A DNA stretch of 64,000 bases from Sminthopsis crassicaudata (Eukaryota), in assembly GCF_048593235.1 (NCBI RefSeq), contig NC_133622.1, positions 182,342,001 through 182,406,000 of the forward strand, given 5' to 3'. Below, one piece after another: positions 50,601 through 61,711 of this stretch. How positions within the stretch are numbered: position 1 is the first letter of the stretch; every line of letters begins with the position of its first letter. The notes under the pieces were generated by a model, which did no database searches, had not been told where the DNA came from, and saw only the letters and a program-made list of their open reading frames with translations. A program made the position numbers and the translations under genes.

Positions 50601-52179
50601 TAATTATCTCATTTTACAAACAGGGTAATGGAGGATAATTAATTTATCCAAGTGCATCAGGTGAAAAGTAGAAGAGTCAGGATTCTCTGACATCAAGTCC
50701 AATGCTCTTTCTATTACATGATCTTGCCTTTTTCCAGCCATTAAAAGTTGATTGACATGATCCAGTGGAGCAAAAAGCTCGTCCTGTCATTTTGGGCAAT
50801 AAGGTATCATCTGAGAGTAGTAAAATATTAAACTTCTAAGCATCAGATTTAAAGCTATTTTCACCAACTCAAACTTACATTAAGAAAATAAAAAGAATTA
50901 TATCCCCTGGAAGTTCCAGAAAGTAGAGAAAAATGCCTTATTTATAGTTTTTCTTGTATAGGCCTCCACTTTGCTCAGAGAACATATTTTTCTCGTGGAA
51001 TCTCCCTTGAGAGTAAAGGGGATTTGAAGGGGGAAAATACTTCAAAAGTTTGAAGAACTAAAACAGTCAAAATAATGTCTCCAGGTCTTATAAGACCTCA
51101 AAGCTGTTAGGTTTTTCTACCCTGAGGGATATAAAAGGACCCTTCTTTTCCTTCATTTGACTGTTTCACTCAACCTCTCTCCTTTTTCTTTTCTTTATTC
51201 AGTTCTACTATGGTTTTGAGCTGGAAGTAGTTTTAGAGATCATTATATCCAACTGTCTGATTTTACACATAAATACTTGCCCAAGGTGTCTTTCTGATTC
51301 CAGGTCAAGTGCTCTATCCACTGTACCACACCTCCAGCTATTTCTGAGAAAGAGAAGTGAAAGGATTTGCTACTAATTTGTGAAAAGCCTCAGTGGTTCT
51401 TTGACCTTATATCTTTAGATTCTTTGATCCTGTATCAAGTGCTCTTTTTATTACATGTTTTTTTTAAAGGTAAAAAATCTATAATTCATTATAAAGGACT
51501 CTTTGCAAATTGCAAATGGAAAAATAAATTATTGTACACAAAAAAGTCCCTTACAGGCAAACAGATCTTTAGAATTTAGAAGCCTTGTCCAGTGGGGAAG
51601 TATATGAGACAAGGATTCAAATCCTGAATGAAGTCTGGCACTTGCTCCATCATTTAATCCCTTCATTTATGGGGCTCTAGGTTTCTCATCTGTAAAATGA
51701 TTTGGGAGCCATCTACCTCATTGAGTTATTTTGAAGAAAGTGTTTTTTAAATCTTTAACGGCAATAGAAAGTAAGCTCTTCTTAGTCTATCTATTTAATC
51801 ATTCCATCCTGAGCAGTTGATAAGATAGAGGTTATCATATTTAGTTTGCTGCTGGTGAATTTGGGGCTAAAACCCAGGTCCAAGTGACTTTTGTGTTAAT
51901 AGTGATAAAGTGAACAAAATCCATGTGATTTGTTGATAGAAAGAGAATGATGTTGGCACATTTGTTGATTGACCAGTTGTCGAGTTCTAGCTATTAACCA
52001 GAGATTCTCACCGCTGATCTTGAGAATCTTTATCTTGGCAATTTAGGTTCTAATGCTGTGGCGTTAACGAGTTCTATGTCTTTAGCTAGTTATATTCATT
52101 TTTTGGACTTTTTTTTTCTTCTAAAAATTGAGAGTATTTCATTAGTAGTTTGCTTCCATCTCTGTAGTTTCCTTTAAAT

Positions 52180-52369
52180 CTCGGGTTCTTTCATCATTTT
52201 TATATGTAAATCCCTTTGTCAATCTGGTGAAACTTGGGGATTTCTTCTTAGAAAAATGTTTTAAAATTTATATGATAAAATACATAAAATTATCAAAATA
52301 TTAAAGAAAAGAAGCTCACAGGTTTGTTGAACCCATTCGTGGACCTCCTCAACTAAATGAGGACCCCAT
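52180..52369. mobile_element. hAT (Charlie-type) MITE
   Basis: Ends ctcgggttctt...gaggaccccat; 8-bp TSD ctttaaat/ctttatat; related to the 24317 element. Confidence 0.7.
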
Positions 52370-52739
52370 CTTTATATCTCTAACTCTTAATGAAGTCTAG
52401 ACATATTATAATTGATTAAATCTTAGGATTTAGAATTGGATAGGGTTTTAAATGCATCCTGTATAATGACTCATTTACAGAGAAGTCCAGACAACTTTGC
52501 CTAAGACCATAGAGACAAATAACATGTGAGTTGTAGTTTTCTCTATACCCAGTGTTTTTTTTTTTTTTCTCATATAGTGTTGACTCAGCCTCATTATCAG
52601 CACTGTTATTTCTAATCCTAGTGAGAAAATAGTGAAATCATGTACTCCTCCCTCTATTTATACAAGTATCCATTTTTATAAGACCCTTTTATATATTAGC
52701 TCTTTTGACTCAAAATTACTCTAGATGGTATATGTTCTT

Positions 52740-52970
52740 TTTGTTTAGTCACTTTTCAATTGTGTTTGGTTCTTTGTGACTCCATTTGGAATTTTCTTGC
52801 TAGAGATATTAGAATGATTTGTTATTTCTTACTCTAGCTCATTTTTCTGAAGCAAGCAGGGATAAGTGACTTATCCAGGGTCATACAGCCAGTAAATGTC
52901 AGAGGTCACATTTGAATTCAGATCCTCCTGACTCTAGACCCAGCACTTTATTCATTGTACTACCTATAGA
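52740..52970 (-). mobile_element. MAR1-like SINE
   Basis: ttgtttagtcacttttcaattgtgtttggttctttgtgactccatttggaattttcttg...gataagtgacttatccagggtcatacagc...tttgaattcagatcctcctgact. Confidence 0.85.
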
Positions 52971-53732
52971 CAGCATGTAGGATGTTTACCACAAATAGAA
53001 TATATATAAGCCCTTTGAACACAGAGACTGCCTTTTCTTTTGTTTTATCTCTTGGGAGGAGATTTTAATAAATTCCCATTTGATTTGATTATAATTTCTA
53101 CTTTACAGGAGAGGAAACTGAGATTCAGAGAAATGAATGGAAAAATAGAAAAGCATTTATATGATATACAGTTAATCTCAGGACTTGAGAATCTGGGTGA
53201 CTAAGGAGAGCAGTGAGCCATAAGGAATTCAAGTCTCAGATGTATTTTAAGCTTCCTTGAAAGTAGTGATTTCTGGTTGTGAATTTGAAGTCTCCAGGGG
53301 GGAAGTTATACTGTAACATGAGTGTGAATGTTTACCGTTGTTAACCATAGAGCCTCTCAGCCCACGCTTAGTCTTCCAGTCTGGGGGAGTTGTACATTAC
53401 TCCTGGGATGAATCCTACCTTTCAAGGATCCTTAAACACAGTCAGTTTATGTGTGGATCAGATTGAGGCCCCCCAAAAGCAGCCTTATGTTGATTTCCTC
53501 TATGGCGTATTTTTTTTTTCTTGGAAACCAATACTTCACTCCATTAAATTCCCCACAGATCCTAAATGTGTTGGATGATTGGCTTTGTTCAGGCTTTCTG
53601 GATGCGTGGGGTCTGTGTCCTTTGACTTAAGTGGTATATCTCTCACATGGTTGGGGAAGTGTGGGCTTATGGACTTTCTCTATCCCTTTAAAGTCTGGTT
53701 CTTGATTCCATAGAATGGAAAATATGTGTAGG

Positions 53733-53758
53733 TATATATACATATATATATATATACA

Positions 53759-53789
<31 letters not shown>

Positions 53790-53795
53790 GTATAT
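53733..53795. repeat. (TA)n microsatellite
   Basis: tatatatacatatatata...tatatatgtatata. Confidence 0.95.
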
Positions 53796-55344
53796 AATGA
53801 CAATAATCATAGCTCCCTTTTCTATAGACTTCTGTAGTTTAATAAAGTGCTTTTCTCCCAACAGCTCTGAGATTCAGGTCATTATTTCCATTTAGAGATG
53901 AAAATTCATTGAGACTCAGAGAAAAATTAAAAATTAAAGAAGTGAACTCAGTACCATATAGCCAGTCAGCATCAAAACCTTGATCCAGGCTCCATTTCCT
54001 ATATTTTCCACCACGCTATGCCATGCCACGCCATGCTCACACCAATGACTCAAGAAGGTGTGAGATGCCTCTAAGTCCAATTGCTGGATGAATGGGCTGG
54101 CAGGGCTTGAAAAGTTGCTTCCCAGTGGCTGGCTAACAGGCAGCTTCAAGGAATCTTGTTGGTGGTCTCATTCCTGAGCCTTGAAGACAGCTCTCCACTT
54201 TGCTAAACCATCAGCACCTCCACTAATGGCTCACACCCCTGTTGGCAGCTAACACAACAACCCAGAGGCCGACAGACAGATGTGTAGGGCTCCAGTTAAA
54301 GCTCAGAGTTTCCTAACCCCTGTTTTTTTTTTTTTTACTTTTTCAAATTAAAAAAATAAATTTAAACATGAGCCCCTCTTTTTCATTCCCTTCCCTTCTC
54401 AAAATGTTCATAAATTTTATTTTGAAAAGTGCCTTCCCCTCTAACTTTTAGAAATAGACAAGACAGTAAAGATCATTTTGCCAAATTTCTTTATTTTGTA
54501 TGTAGATAAAGAAACTGAAGTCCAAAGTTTTTATTTTGTACATTTAATTCATACAACATCAATAGTAAAGTAGAGTTAATAAAGTAGTAAAGAAGAGTTA
54601 GAATGTGAGTTTGAGGATTTTAGTGTGGAATTAGTACTCTTTTCATTCCATTTCTCTTGGGAGAAGGGAAAAAACATTTTTAATAGCATCTACTGTTCTT
54701 TAATCTGACCATATTGGCTCCAGGTATATCTAATTCAATAAGCTTTAGTAAAAGTTGACAATATTCTGAACAGTGAGCTTGGAAATTGGAATACTGAGAG
54801 AAGGACTTATATTCTACTTTGTGAATTGTGGGTTGGATGAAATGACAGTTCTGCTAAATAAAATTCTATTCCCTTTCATGATTCTAAATCAGAAGAGCTG
54901 TTGATATAATAACTTAATAAGCCCCATCCTTGATTTTTGACATTAGAGGGTGATATATTTTTTATGATGTTGGTCAATCTTTGTCTTCCCCTTCCAATTT
55001 CACATCACATTCTTCTTTCCAGCCCTTTAATGCATTGTGTATTATTTTTTAATCTATGTATATGTCTTATCCTGAGACTGTGAGCTGTGAAATCCATGAA
55101 AAGCAGGAATTGTGTCTTAATCAATTTTTTATCATATTCAAAGCACTCTGGTAAGTTCTGGAGATATAAAGATAAAATTTTAAAAAATCAACTATATTTT
55201 ATATTTTACTGGAGAAGATCTTGAATTATTTCATTATTATCTTAGAACCTCATCTGTAAAGTTCAGACAATTATATTTATAGTCCTATCTCACAAGTGCT
55301 GAGTGCAGGCATTGTACACAATTTGTGCTAAAGCAATGTTTGTC

Positions 55345-55470
55345 AAAATATATTTTTGGGGGGCAATTGGGATTAAGTAACTTGCCCAGGATCATATATA
55401 AGTGTTTGAGGCCAGATTTGAATTCAGGTCTTCCTACCTCTTTCTACTGCATCACCTAGCTTCCCTTGTT
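55345..55470 (-). mobile_element. WSINE1-like SINE
   Basis: ttttggggggcaattgggattaagtaacttgcccagg...gccagatttgaattcaggtcttcct...cacctagcttccc. Confidence 0.8.
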
Positions 55471-55581
55471 ATACAGAATTGTAATAAATGAAACTTTAAA
55501 ATTATCATCTATGCATTTCTAGCATTATTTGATCTTCAAATTTTCCTGTAAAACAGAAAATAAGGAGTTTCTAGTAATAGC

Positions 55582-55768
55582 NNNNNNNNNNNNNNNNNNN
55601 NNNNNNNNNNNNNNNNNNNNNNNNNNNNNNNNNNNNNNNNNNNNNNNNNNNNNNNNNNNNNNNNNNNNNNNNNNNNNNNNNNNNNNNNNNNNNNNNNNNN
55701 NNNNNNNNNNNNNNNNNNNNNNNNNNNNNNNNNNNNNNNNNNNNNNNNNNNNNNNNNNNNNNNNNNNN
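55582..55768. other. Assembly gap (187 N)
   Basis: Run of N. Confidence 1.
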
Positions 55769-56789
55769 CACTAGTGGTAATTATAGTAATAGGAGGAGGA
55801 GGAAGAGGAGGAGTAGCAATGTCAGTTGCAGCGATAGCTAATACTTATAGAGTGCCTACTGTGTGCCAAGCACTATACTAAGTAGTTTACAGATATTAGG
55901 TCAGTTAATCCTAATAACCATCTGGGAGATGGGTGCTATTATTACCCTCATTTTATAGATGAGGAAACTGAAGGAAACAAAGGTTAAATGACTGGCACCA
56001 GGTCTAAGTAAACTGTCTGAGCTGAATTTGAACTCATGTTCTTTACTCCAGATCCACTATCTACTTTAATCTTTAGCTGTCTCACATATAAACATAGAAA
56101 GACAAGGATTTACTGTTTTAACCTTGGGGGCAATCTTTCAGTCTGTATCGACATTATGGCAATACTCCAGAGTAAAAGTAAAAATTCATCAAACTTTTTT
56201 TGAAGGAATGCAGTGGGAATGGTGTATGTGTAAAGGAAAGAGAGCCTTGGGATTCCTAGTTGTGTGAATTGGGACAAGCCCGTTCATCTTTTTCTGAGTT
56301 TCAATTTTGTCATCCATAAAAGGTGTGTTTGGAGGGAATCCATATTCTATTTATGGGGATGTTATATGAAAAGTGTTTTATAAACTTAAAGAATTTTAGA
56401 ATTATGAATAATTTTTATTATTTTCACTATGATGTGCTCATCAGACAGATGACTGCAAAGAGATGAATTCTTTGGCCTTAAAACTCATGGAAATGACTAC
56501 TAAGGCATGGAGGGGTCATTATCTCTTTTGATGAATGGAACACTCTTTTGGGGAAATTTTGGACTTTGAAATGTTGAAGTGCTAAATGTGAATTGAAAAT
56601 GTGAGTTGTGCTAACTGGGAGTTAAAAAAGGTTAGAAGAGATATGAATGGTCTCTCTATGGCTGTTACTCATCATAAGGACCAGCTTTACTCTTGCCCAT
56701 CCTCTCTAGTAGTAGCAACAGAGCTTCCAGATTGACCTATGCATTAATGTGTTGATCAGGGCATCCATAATCAATTGAGTCTCCAATCT

Positions 56790-57045
56790 ATTTAAGAAAG
56801 ACATCAGGAAAATGATGTCTTCACTTGCAAGTGAACCGTATTTAATCATTTAAATTATTTAATCATTTATAATATATAATATCCATATCCATATATAATA
56901 TATAGTCATTATAATCAAATAAATTATTTAAATTAAATCATTTAAATGTTCACCAGATGTGGACCAGATATAGATTGGGTCAACTGAAGATGGCTCTGGA
57001 GGCAACAGGAGACCTTGGTCTTTCTAAGCTAAAATAGACATTATT
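56790..57045 (-). mobile_element. RTE-tailed SINE fragment with an internal AT-rich expansion (~56850-56945)
   Basis: gacatcaggaaaatgatgtcttcacttgcaagtgaa...actgaagatggctctggaggcaacaggagaccttggtctttctaagcta. Confidence 0.7.
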
Positions 57046-57099
57046 TGAGAGCAAAGTTATCTAACAAAATAGATATATGGGGTAGATTTATTTCTTAAG

Positions 57100-57565
57100 G
57101 ATCATGCCTTAATCCCAAATTACTCTGGCTCTCACTGATTGACCAATATTAGGTCCCAAGCCAAGCCCCACTTCATCATTGTTTGGGTCCAAATTGGTTC
57201 ATAATGAATGCAGATAGTAATTGTTTCTGTTGTGGTCAGAAAGGTCTTCCCTTCCCAGATTGATTTTTTTTTGACTAGGTAAAAAAAATTCATTCTCTGC
57301 CTCATTTCTTACCTATTTTTAATCACTAATTGGTTATTGTTTCAGTCAAACTAAGACCTGGGAAAGATCTTACTTTAAAAAGACCGTGGTCTCTCACTGC
57401 TTCCAGGACCATCTCCAGTCATCCAGATCTCTATGTTGCCACCGGATTCAAATGTTTCCTGAGCACTTTGCTCAGCCCATCACATAAATCCAGTTCATTT
57501 GTCTGTCACGACATCACTTTCCTGATGTCATGATCCTCTTTGAGAACAAAGGATAAACAACAACA
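57100..57565 (+). mobile_element. RTE-tailed SINE, near full length
   Basis: Ends tgatgtcatgatcctctttgagaacaaaggataaacaacaac; reverse complement of the 28935-29400 copy. Confidence 0.85.
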
Positions 57566-57859
57566 GAGACATCTATAATTATAGTTGCCATTAGCTAATT
57601 TTGTCAGCTCACCAATTAGAGCTCAGGTAACACAGTGGTAGGGGCTTGTGAACTAAAGTTCACAATTAACTTCCTATTGAGGAAAATGAGAAGGGAAGCA
57701 AAGAGGATGTTGAGCTTGTTAATGCAGCTTGTGAATCTCAATTTCCTCGTGTATAAAGTGGGCATAATGATACTTATTCCATATACCTCTTTAGGCTACT
57801 GGTTTTCAGTTGTGAAACTTCTTAGAAATGCTAAGATATTGTTGCTTTCTAGAAAGCAG

Positions 57860-58199
57860 TGAGTAGATACTTTCTAGTAAAGAACCTGTGTCCTTTCTCA
57901 GTGACTCATAGTTACAGGCAGGAAAGCCCCAGCTGCCCATCTTGCTGCCCCTTGGCCAGGCTATCCTGTTGTGTAACTAACCCAGTTTCAAACCTCCTCA
58001 GGGAGATTGCTGTAACATACTTTCCTCAGGCAGCTGTTCTCTGGGCTAATTAGGTCATGCTGTAAGGACGCATGCTCAGGTATTTAACCCAAATTTACCC
58101 TTGTTTCTACATCCTCTGTGTCAGACCAAGTGTTAGACCAAGCAATTCTTTCCTTTCCTCGAAGTTACACTCTTTTGAGGTTGCTTCCCTCCTTTACAG
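57860..58199 (+). promoter_or_regulatory. Putative promoter/enhancer upstream of exon A
   Basis: Unique sequence with AP-1 TGACTCA (57902), two CAGCTG E-boxes, TAATTA, AGGTCA half-site and TATA-like TATTTAA (58081). Confidence 0.35.
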
Positions 58200-58202
58200 G
58201 GA

Positions 58203-58245
58203 ATGGAGAAAATGGAGACAAATGAATTACTGCCAAGGGTTTTTG
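58203..58245 (+). CDS. Putative coding part of exon A (58200-58245): MEKMETNELLPRVF(phase 1)
   Basis: Acceptor ttgcttccctcctttacag|G, good Kozak ggaATGg, donor TTG|gtaggt, paralogous to exon B, in frame with exon C. Confidence 0.5.
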
Positions 58246-58651
58246 GTAGGTCCAACTGTCAAAATTGCCAAAATTTATATATAGATGAGTGTCTTAGAAG
58301 GGTCAAAGAAAGAAACTCAAGTACTCAACATGCAGAAGAGCTCAGGCAGGATCCTGATTTAGAGTCAGAGACCCTAGAACATAGAACTTTAGAGCTGGAA
58401 AGGACCTTAGAATGTAGAATGTCAGATCCTCAACCATAGAATACCAAAGCATGAAGACATCTTAGGACAAAAAATGTTAAAGCAGGAAATGACTTTAAAG
58501 ATTTTTTCCCCTCAATTCCTTATTTTATTTTACTTTTTTAGTTGTACATAAGTGATGGGAACTCCCATTGAGGAAACCGCCTCTCTACCAATACCGATTG
58601 ATATGATCTCTGTAACTCAGAGTTTCAGAAAATTGTCAAGGTTACATAGCT

Positions 58652-58827
58652 CAGGGCTTCACAAACTTTGTCCACTTTACGATCCCTTTTCACCCAAGAA
58701 ATTTTTATGTGACCCCAGGTATATAGGTATATTAAATAATTATACAAGTCAAACATTCATTAGTAACAAATCATAATTCATAACCCCCCATGTTCACCTA
58801 TGTGATGCCCCAGTTTAAGAAGCTTTG
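58652..58827. mobile_element. hAT (Charlie-type) MITE
   Basis: TIRs cagggcttcacaaact ... agtttaagaagctttg; degenerate TA-centred TSD acatagct/atgtagtc. Confidence 0.7.
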
Positions 58828-58859
58828 ATGTAGTCTAACCACATTTTATTTTTACTTTG

Positions 58860-58977
58860 TTGTGGGGAGGCAATTGGGTTACACAACTAGTGTTAAGTGT
58901 CTGAGGTCGCATTTGAACTCAGGTCCTTCTGACTTCAAGACCCGTGCTCCATCCACTGTGCCATCTAGTTGTCCCTA
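58860..58977 (-). mobile_element. WSINE1-like SINE
   Basis: gaggcaattgggtt...gttaagtgtctgaggtcgcatttgaactcaggtccttctgacttcaagacccgtgctccatccactgtgccatctagttgtccc. Confidence 0.85.
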
Positions 58978-60239
58978 ACCTCCTCATTTTAGAAACAAGT
59001 AAGTTAATTGACTCAGAGAAATAAAATTTCCTACCAAAAGTTGCACAAATAGGTAAGTGGCAAAGGTAAGATGGGAACTCTGTTCTTCTGATTCCAAATC
59101 CAATATTTTCACTCTACTTCTCACTTTGCCTTCTTGTCCCTGGCTGCTGACGCTGAAGCTCTTTCCACTGCATCCTGATTTCTAATAAATATTTGTTGAT
59201 ATGCTCTAAGCCTCCATCTGCCACTTATATATGGCATTGTGCAAAGGGGCCTAAGCAAACACAATGCCTGTCCTCTAGGGCCTTCTAATCTAAGCCTGTC
59301 AAATCTGTTAAACTACCCAGAGGAGCCATTCTTCACACAGCCAGCATTTCAGAAAATAAAGAATTTTAGAAATGTTGTCCTATATGAGCCCAGAGCCAGA
59401 GCTTGTCGAATCCAAAAGCTTCATCATTTTATTTTTTTTAGAATGCCAGTTCTTTGCTCTTCCAAAGCCTGATTTCCCTTGCCTCCAGCCTGGCCATTTT
59501 AAAAGCTCTTGCCTGGTGGGGGGCATATGGCCCTGGATCCCCCAGGTGTTTCACTTGAAGCTGGACTCAGAGGTTTTTGCAATGGTCTCATCCTGTCCCT
59601 TCCAGCCAAAACCTGAAAATTTGAACCCTTCCTCACCTAAAAAGTAGAAAAGGGGTAAATATCCACAGCAGTGAAGCAACTAAATAGCAAAACCCTTGCC
59701 AGTTTGGCTTGGCTTGGAGGCCATTGTTGAATTCCTCTTCAAATCCTTTACTATATCTTTTGCAACAGATGGTCATATGTATACTGGAATTATTTTTATG
59801 ATCATCTGTTTGCTCACTCTGTGTTGAGGGGAGCATGTGTCTCAAAACAAACGGTGATCCACTTGGTATATGGTGAGGGCAAGTAGACTGTTATATTCAC
59901 AACTAGAACTTACTGGTAAGAAGTGAAATAAAAGGGATCACCAGTTAATTTGTGATCAAAAAGAGAGACAAAGTAGTCACTACCAGGGGCCAGGATCATG
60001 AGTGGGCAGCTCTAGTACACAAAATATTAAAATAGACAGAGGAAAGTAGCATCTCTGGGGGATCTTTGGTAGGATAGGGACAAGGATCTCTCTGGATTCT
60101 GAGATCAGTAGAATGGGGGAATGAAGAAGGGTCATAGGAGATCCGAGAGGAAATGAAGTAGCAGCATGAAATGGGTCAAAGTCATCTAAAGGCTGATCCA
60201 GAAACAAGAGACATGTCATTTGGAAAGCTCTATGGAGAA

Positions 60240-60465
60240 TGGACAGTGGGTAGAATTCCAGGCTGGAGTCAGTTAAATTATAAAGTCAGATCCAGACTCA
60301 GATATTAATTGTGTGATTCTGGGTAAGTCACTTCACCCCATTTGCCTTAGTTTCCTCACCTGTAAAATGAGCTGGAGAAGGAAATGGCAAAACCACTTCA
60401 GTATCTTTGCCAAGAAAACCCAAAGATGGGGTCATGAAGAATCAGACGTGACTGAAGAAGAGAGG
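60240..60465 (+). mobile_element. MAR1-like SINE
   Basis: gggtaagtcacttcacc...aaaatgagctggagaaggaaatggcaaaaccacttcagtatctttgccaagaaaacc...catgaagaatcagacgtgactgaa. Confidence 0.9.
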
Positions 60466-60799
60466 AAAGATCAAGTGAGAAGCTTCAAGGGGCAGACAGA
60501 AGCTCCTGATTGGAGAGGATGGAGATTTGAGTTTAACAAAGGGTTGGAAACAATTTGCTTTGATAGGCATTTTGTGAGTGGGAGGCAGGCAGTGAAGGGA
60601 TGCTGATAAATGTTTAACAACAATGTTTTCTGGGAGGAAATATATGCAGGTCATGCTTTTAAATTTAATCTGCATTATCACCATTTTCTTTGTTAGCATT
60701 TTCATTATTACCATTACTTTTTTTGGCCCATAATCAGCACAACAATAAATCAAGCGTGATTTGTAGTGTTTGTTGATTTCAAAGGTGTAAATATTCACA

Positions 60800-61124
60800 T
60801 ATTTAACAGTTTAAGCTGACTCCAGCATGCCCTACATCATGGATGGGCTGTGTTTTTCTGTGTGAACCCTGATCGGCTTCCCGGTTTATTCTAGATAATT
60901 TTCTGCTGGACAGTATCCATCACTTCTCCCACCCCCCAGTGATAGGATCACCATTAGGGGACAGAGCCCTCTTTAATCAGGGATAGACATCTGACTTGTC
61001 TAAGGGCATTATCTCTGTCCTCTGGGCTCACACTTGCTATTAGATGCAGCTGGGACTTTGGTGTCTGAAGTGCTTGGCCAATGACATGAAGGATGGCCAT
61101 GTCTTACCTCCCCTTTTTATGCAG
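60800..61124 (+). promoter_or_regulatory. Putative promoter region upstream of exon B
   Basis: Unique GC-richer sequence with GATA-like sites, a CAGCTG E-box and CCAAT (61078). Confidence 0.3.
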
Positions 61125-61172
61125 GGATGTGCAGCTGACAATAAGGACATTTGCCTTCATGAAAAATAGACC

Positions 61173-61239
61173 ATGTTGATGGATGGTAAAGAAGACCCTG
61201 TGCACTTAGAGAAAAATGGACTACTGCCAAGGGTTTTTG
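61173..61239 (+). CDS. Putative coding part of exon B (61125-61239): MLMDGKEDPVHLEKNGLLPRVF(phase 1)
   Basis: Acceptor cctcccctttttatgcag|G, in-frame TAG then accATG, the same donor TTG|gtaggt as exon A, in frame with exon C. Confidence 0.5.
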
Positions 61240-61655
61240 GTAGGTCCAACTGTCAAACTTGTTGAGATTGGAGCACATATGCAGCAAGCTAGTAGGGTAG
61301 CTGGAGTGGGTTTTCGCCAGCTGTAACAGTCTTCATCTGAGCAGGTCACTAAAGCTCTAAGAATCAGGACCATGACACTGATGACTGGATTCTAGCCACC
61401 TCCATCACTTTGCTCAGGCAGAGCTAAACCCTTTTGGTTTTCATGTTGGGGATATTTGAAGGTTCATATTATCTAGATTATTCCCTGGGTATGGTGCTCA
61501 GTTGTATAAGTTAATTTTTTCCTTTGGAATCTCTTCATTTAGATCTGGGACCAAAATGTCACATTTAGTAGTCTTTATGTTCCCAGAGAAGTTTAAACTT
61601 GTTAGTAAAGATCTGTACTGCTGACCACCTGTAATCTTTGATTTCTGCTCCCCAG

Positions 61656-61711
61656 AGGAAGAGAAAGTAAGATTGCCAAATAGGCTGAATGCCTTAACAT
61701 CGTACGCTTCG
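61656..61711 (+). CDS. Putative exon C: (E)EEK to the donor at 61667, or (E)EEKVRLPNRLNALTSYAS to the donor at 61712
   Basis: Branch-point-like ctgac at 61621, AG-free tract ending tttctgctccccag, two phase-0 donors (gtaaga, gtaatg) 45 nt apart with no stop between them, three CpGs retained. Confidence 0.5.

Noticed and set aside
58228-58263. Duplicated 36-mer as a miRNA pair
   Set aside because: No fold-back partner nearby and no match to known conserved miRNAs; it is centred on a splice donor.
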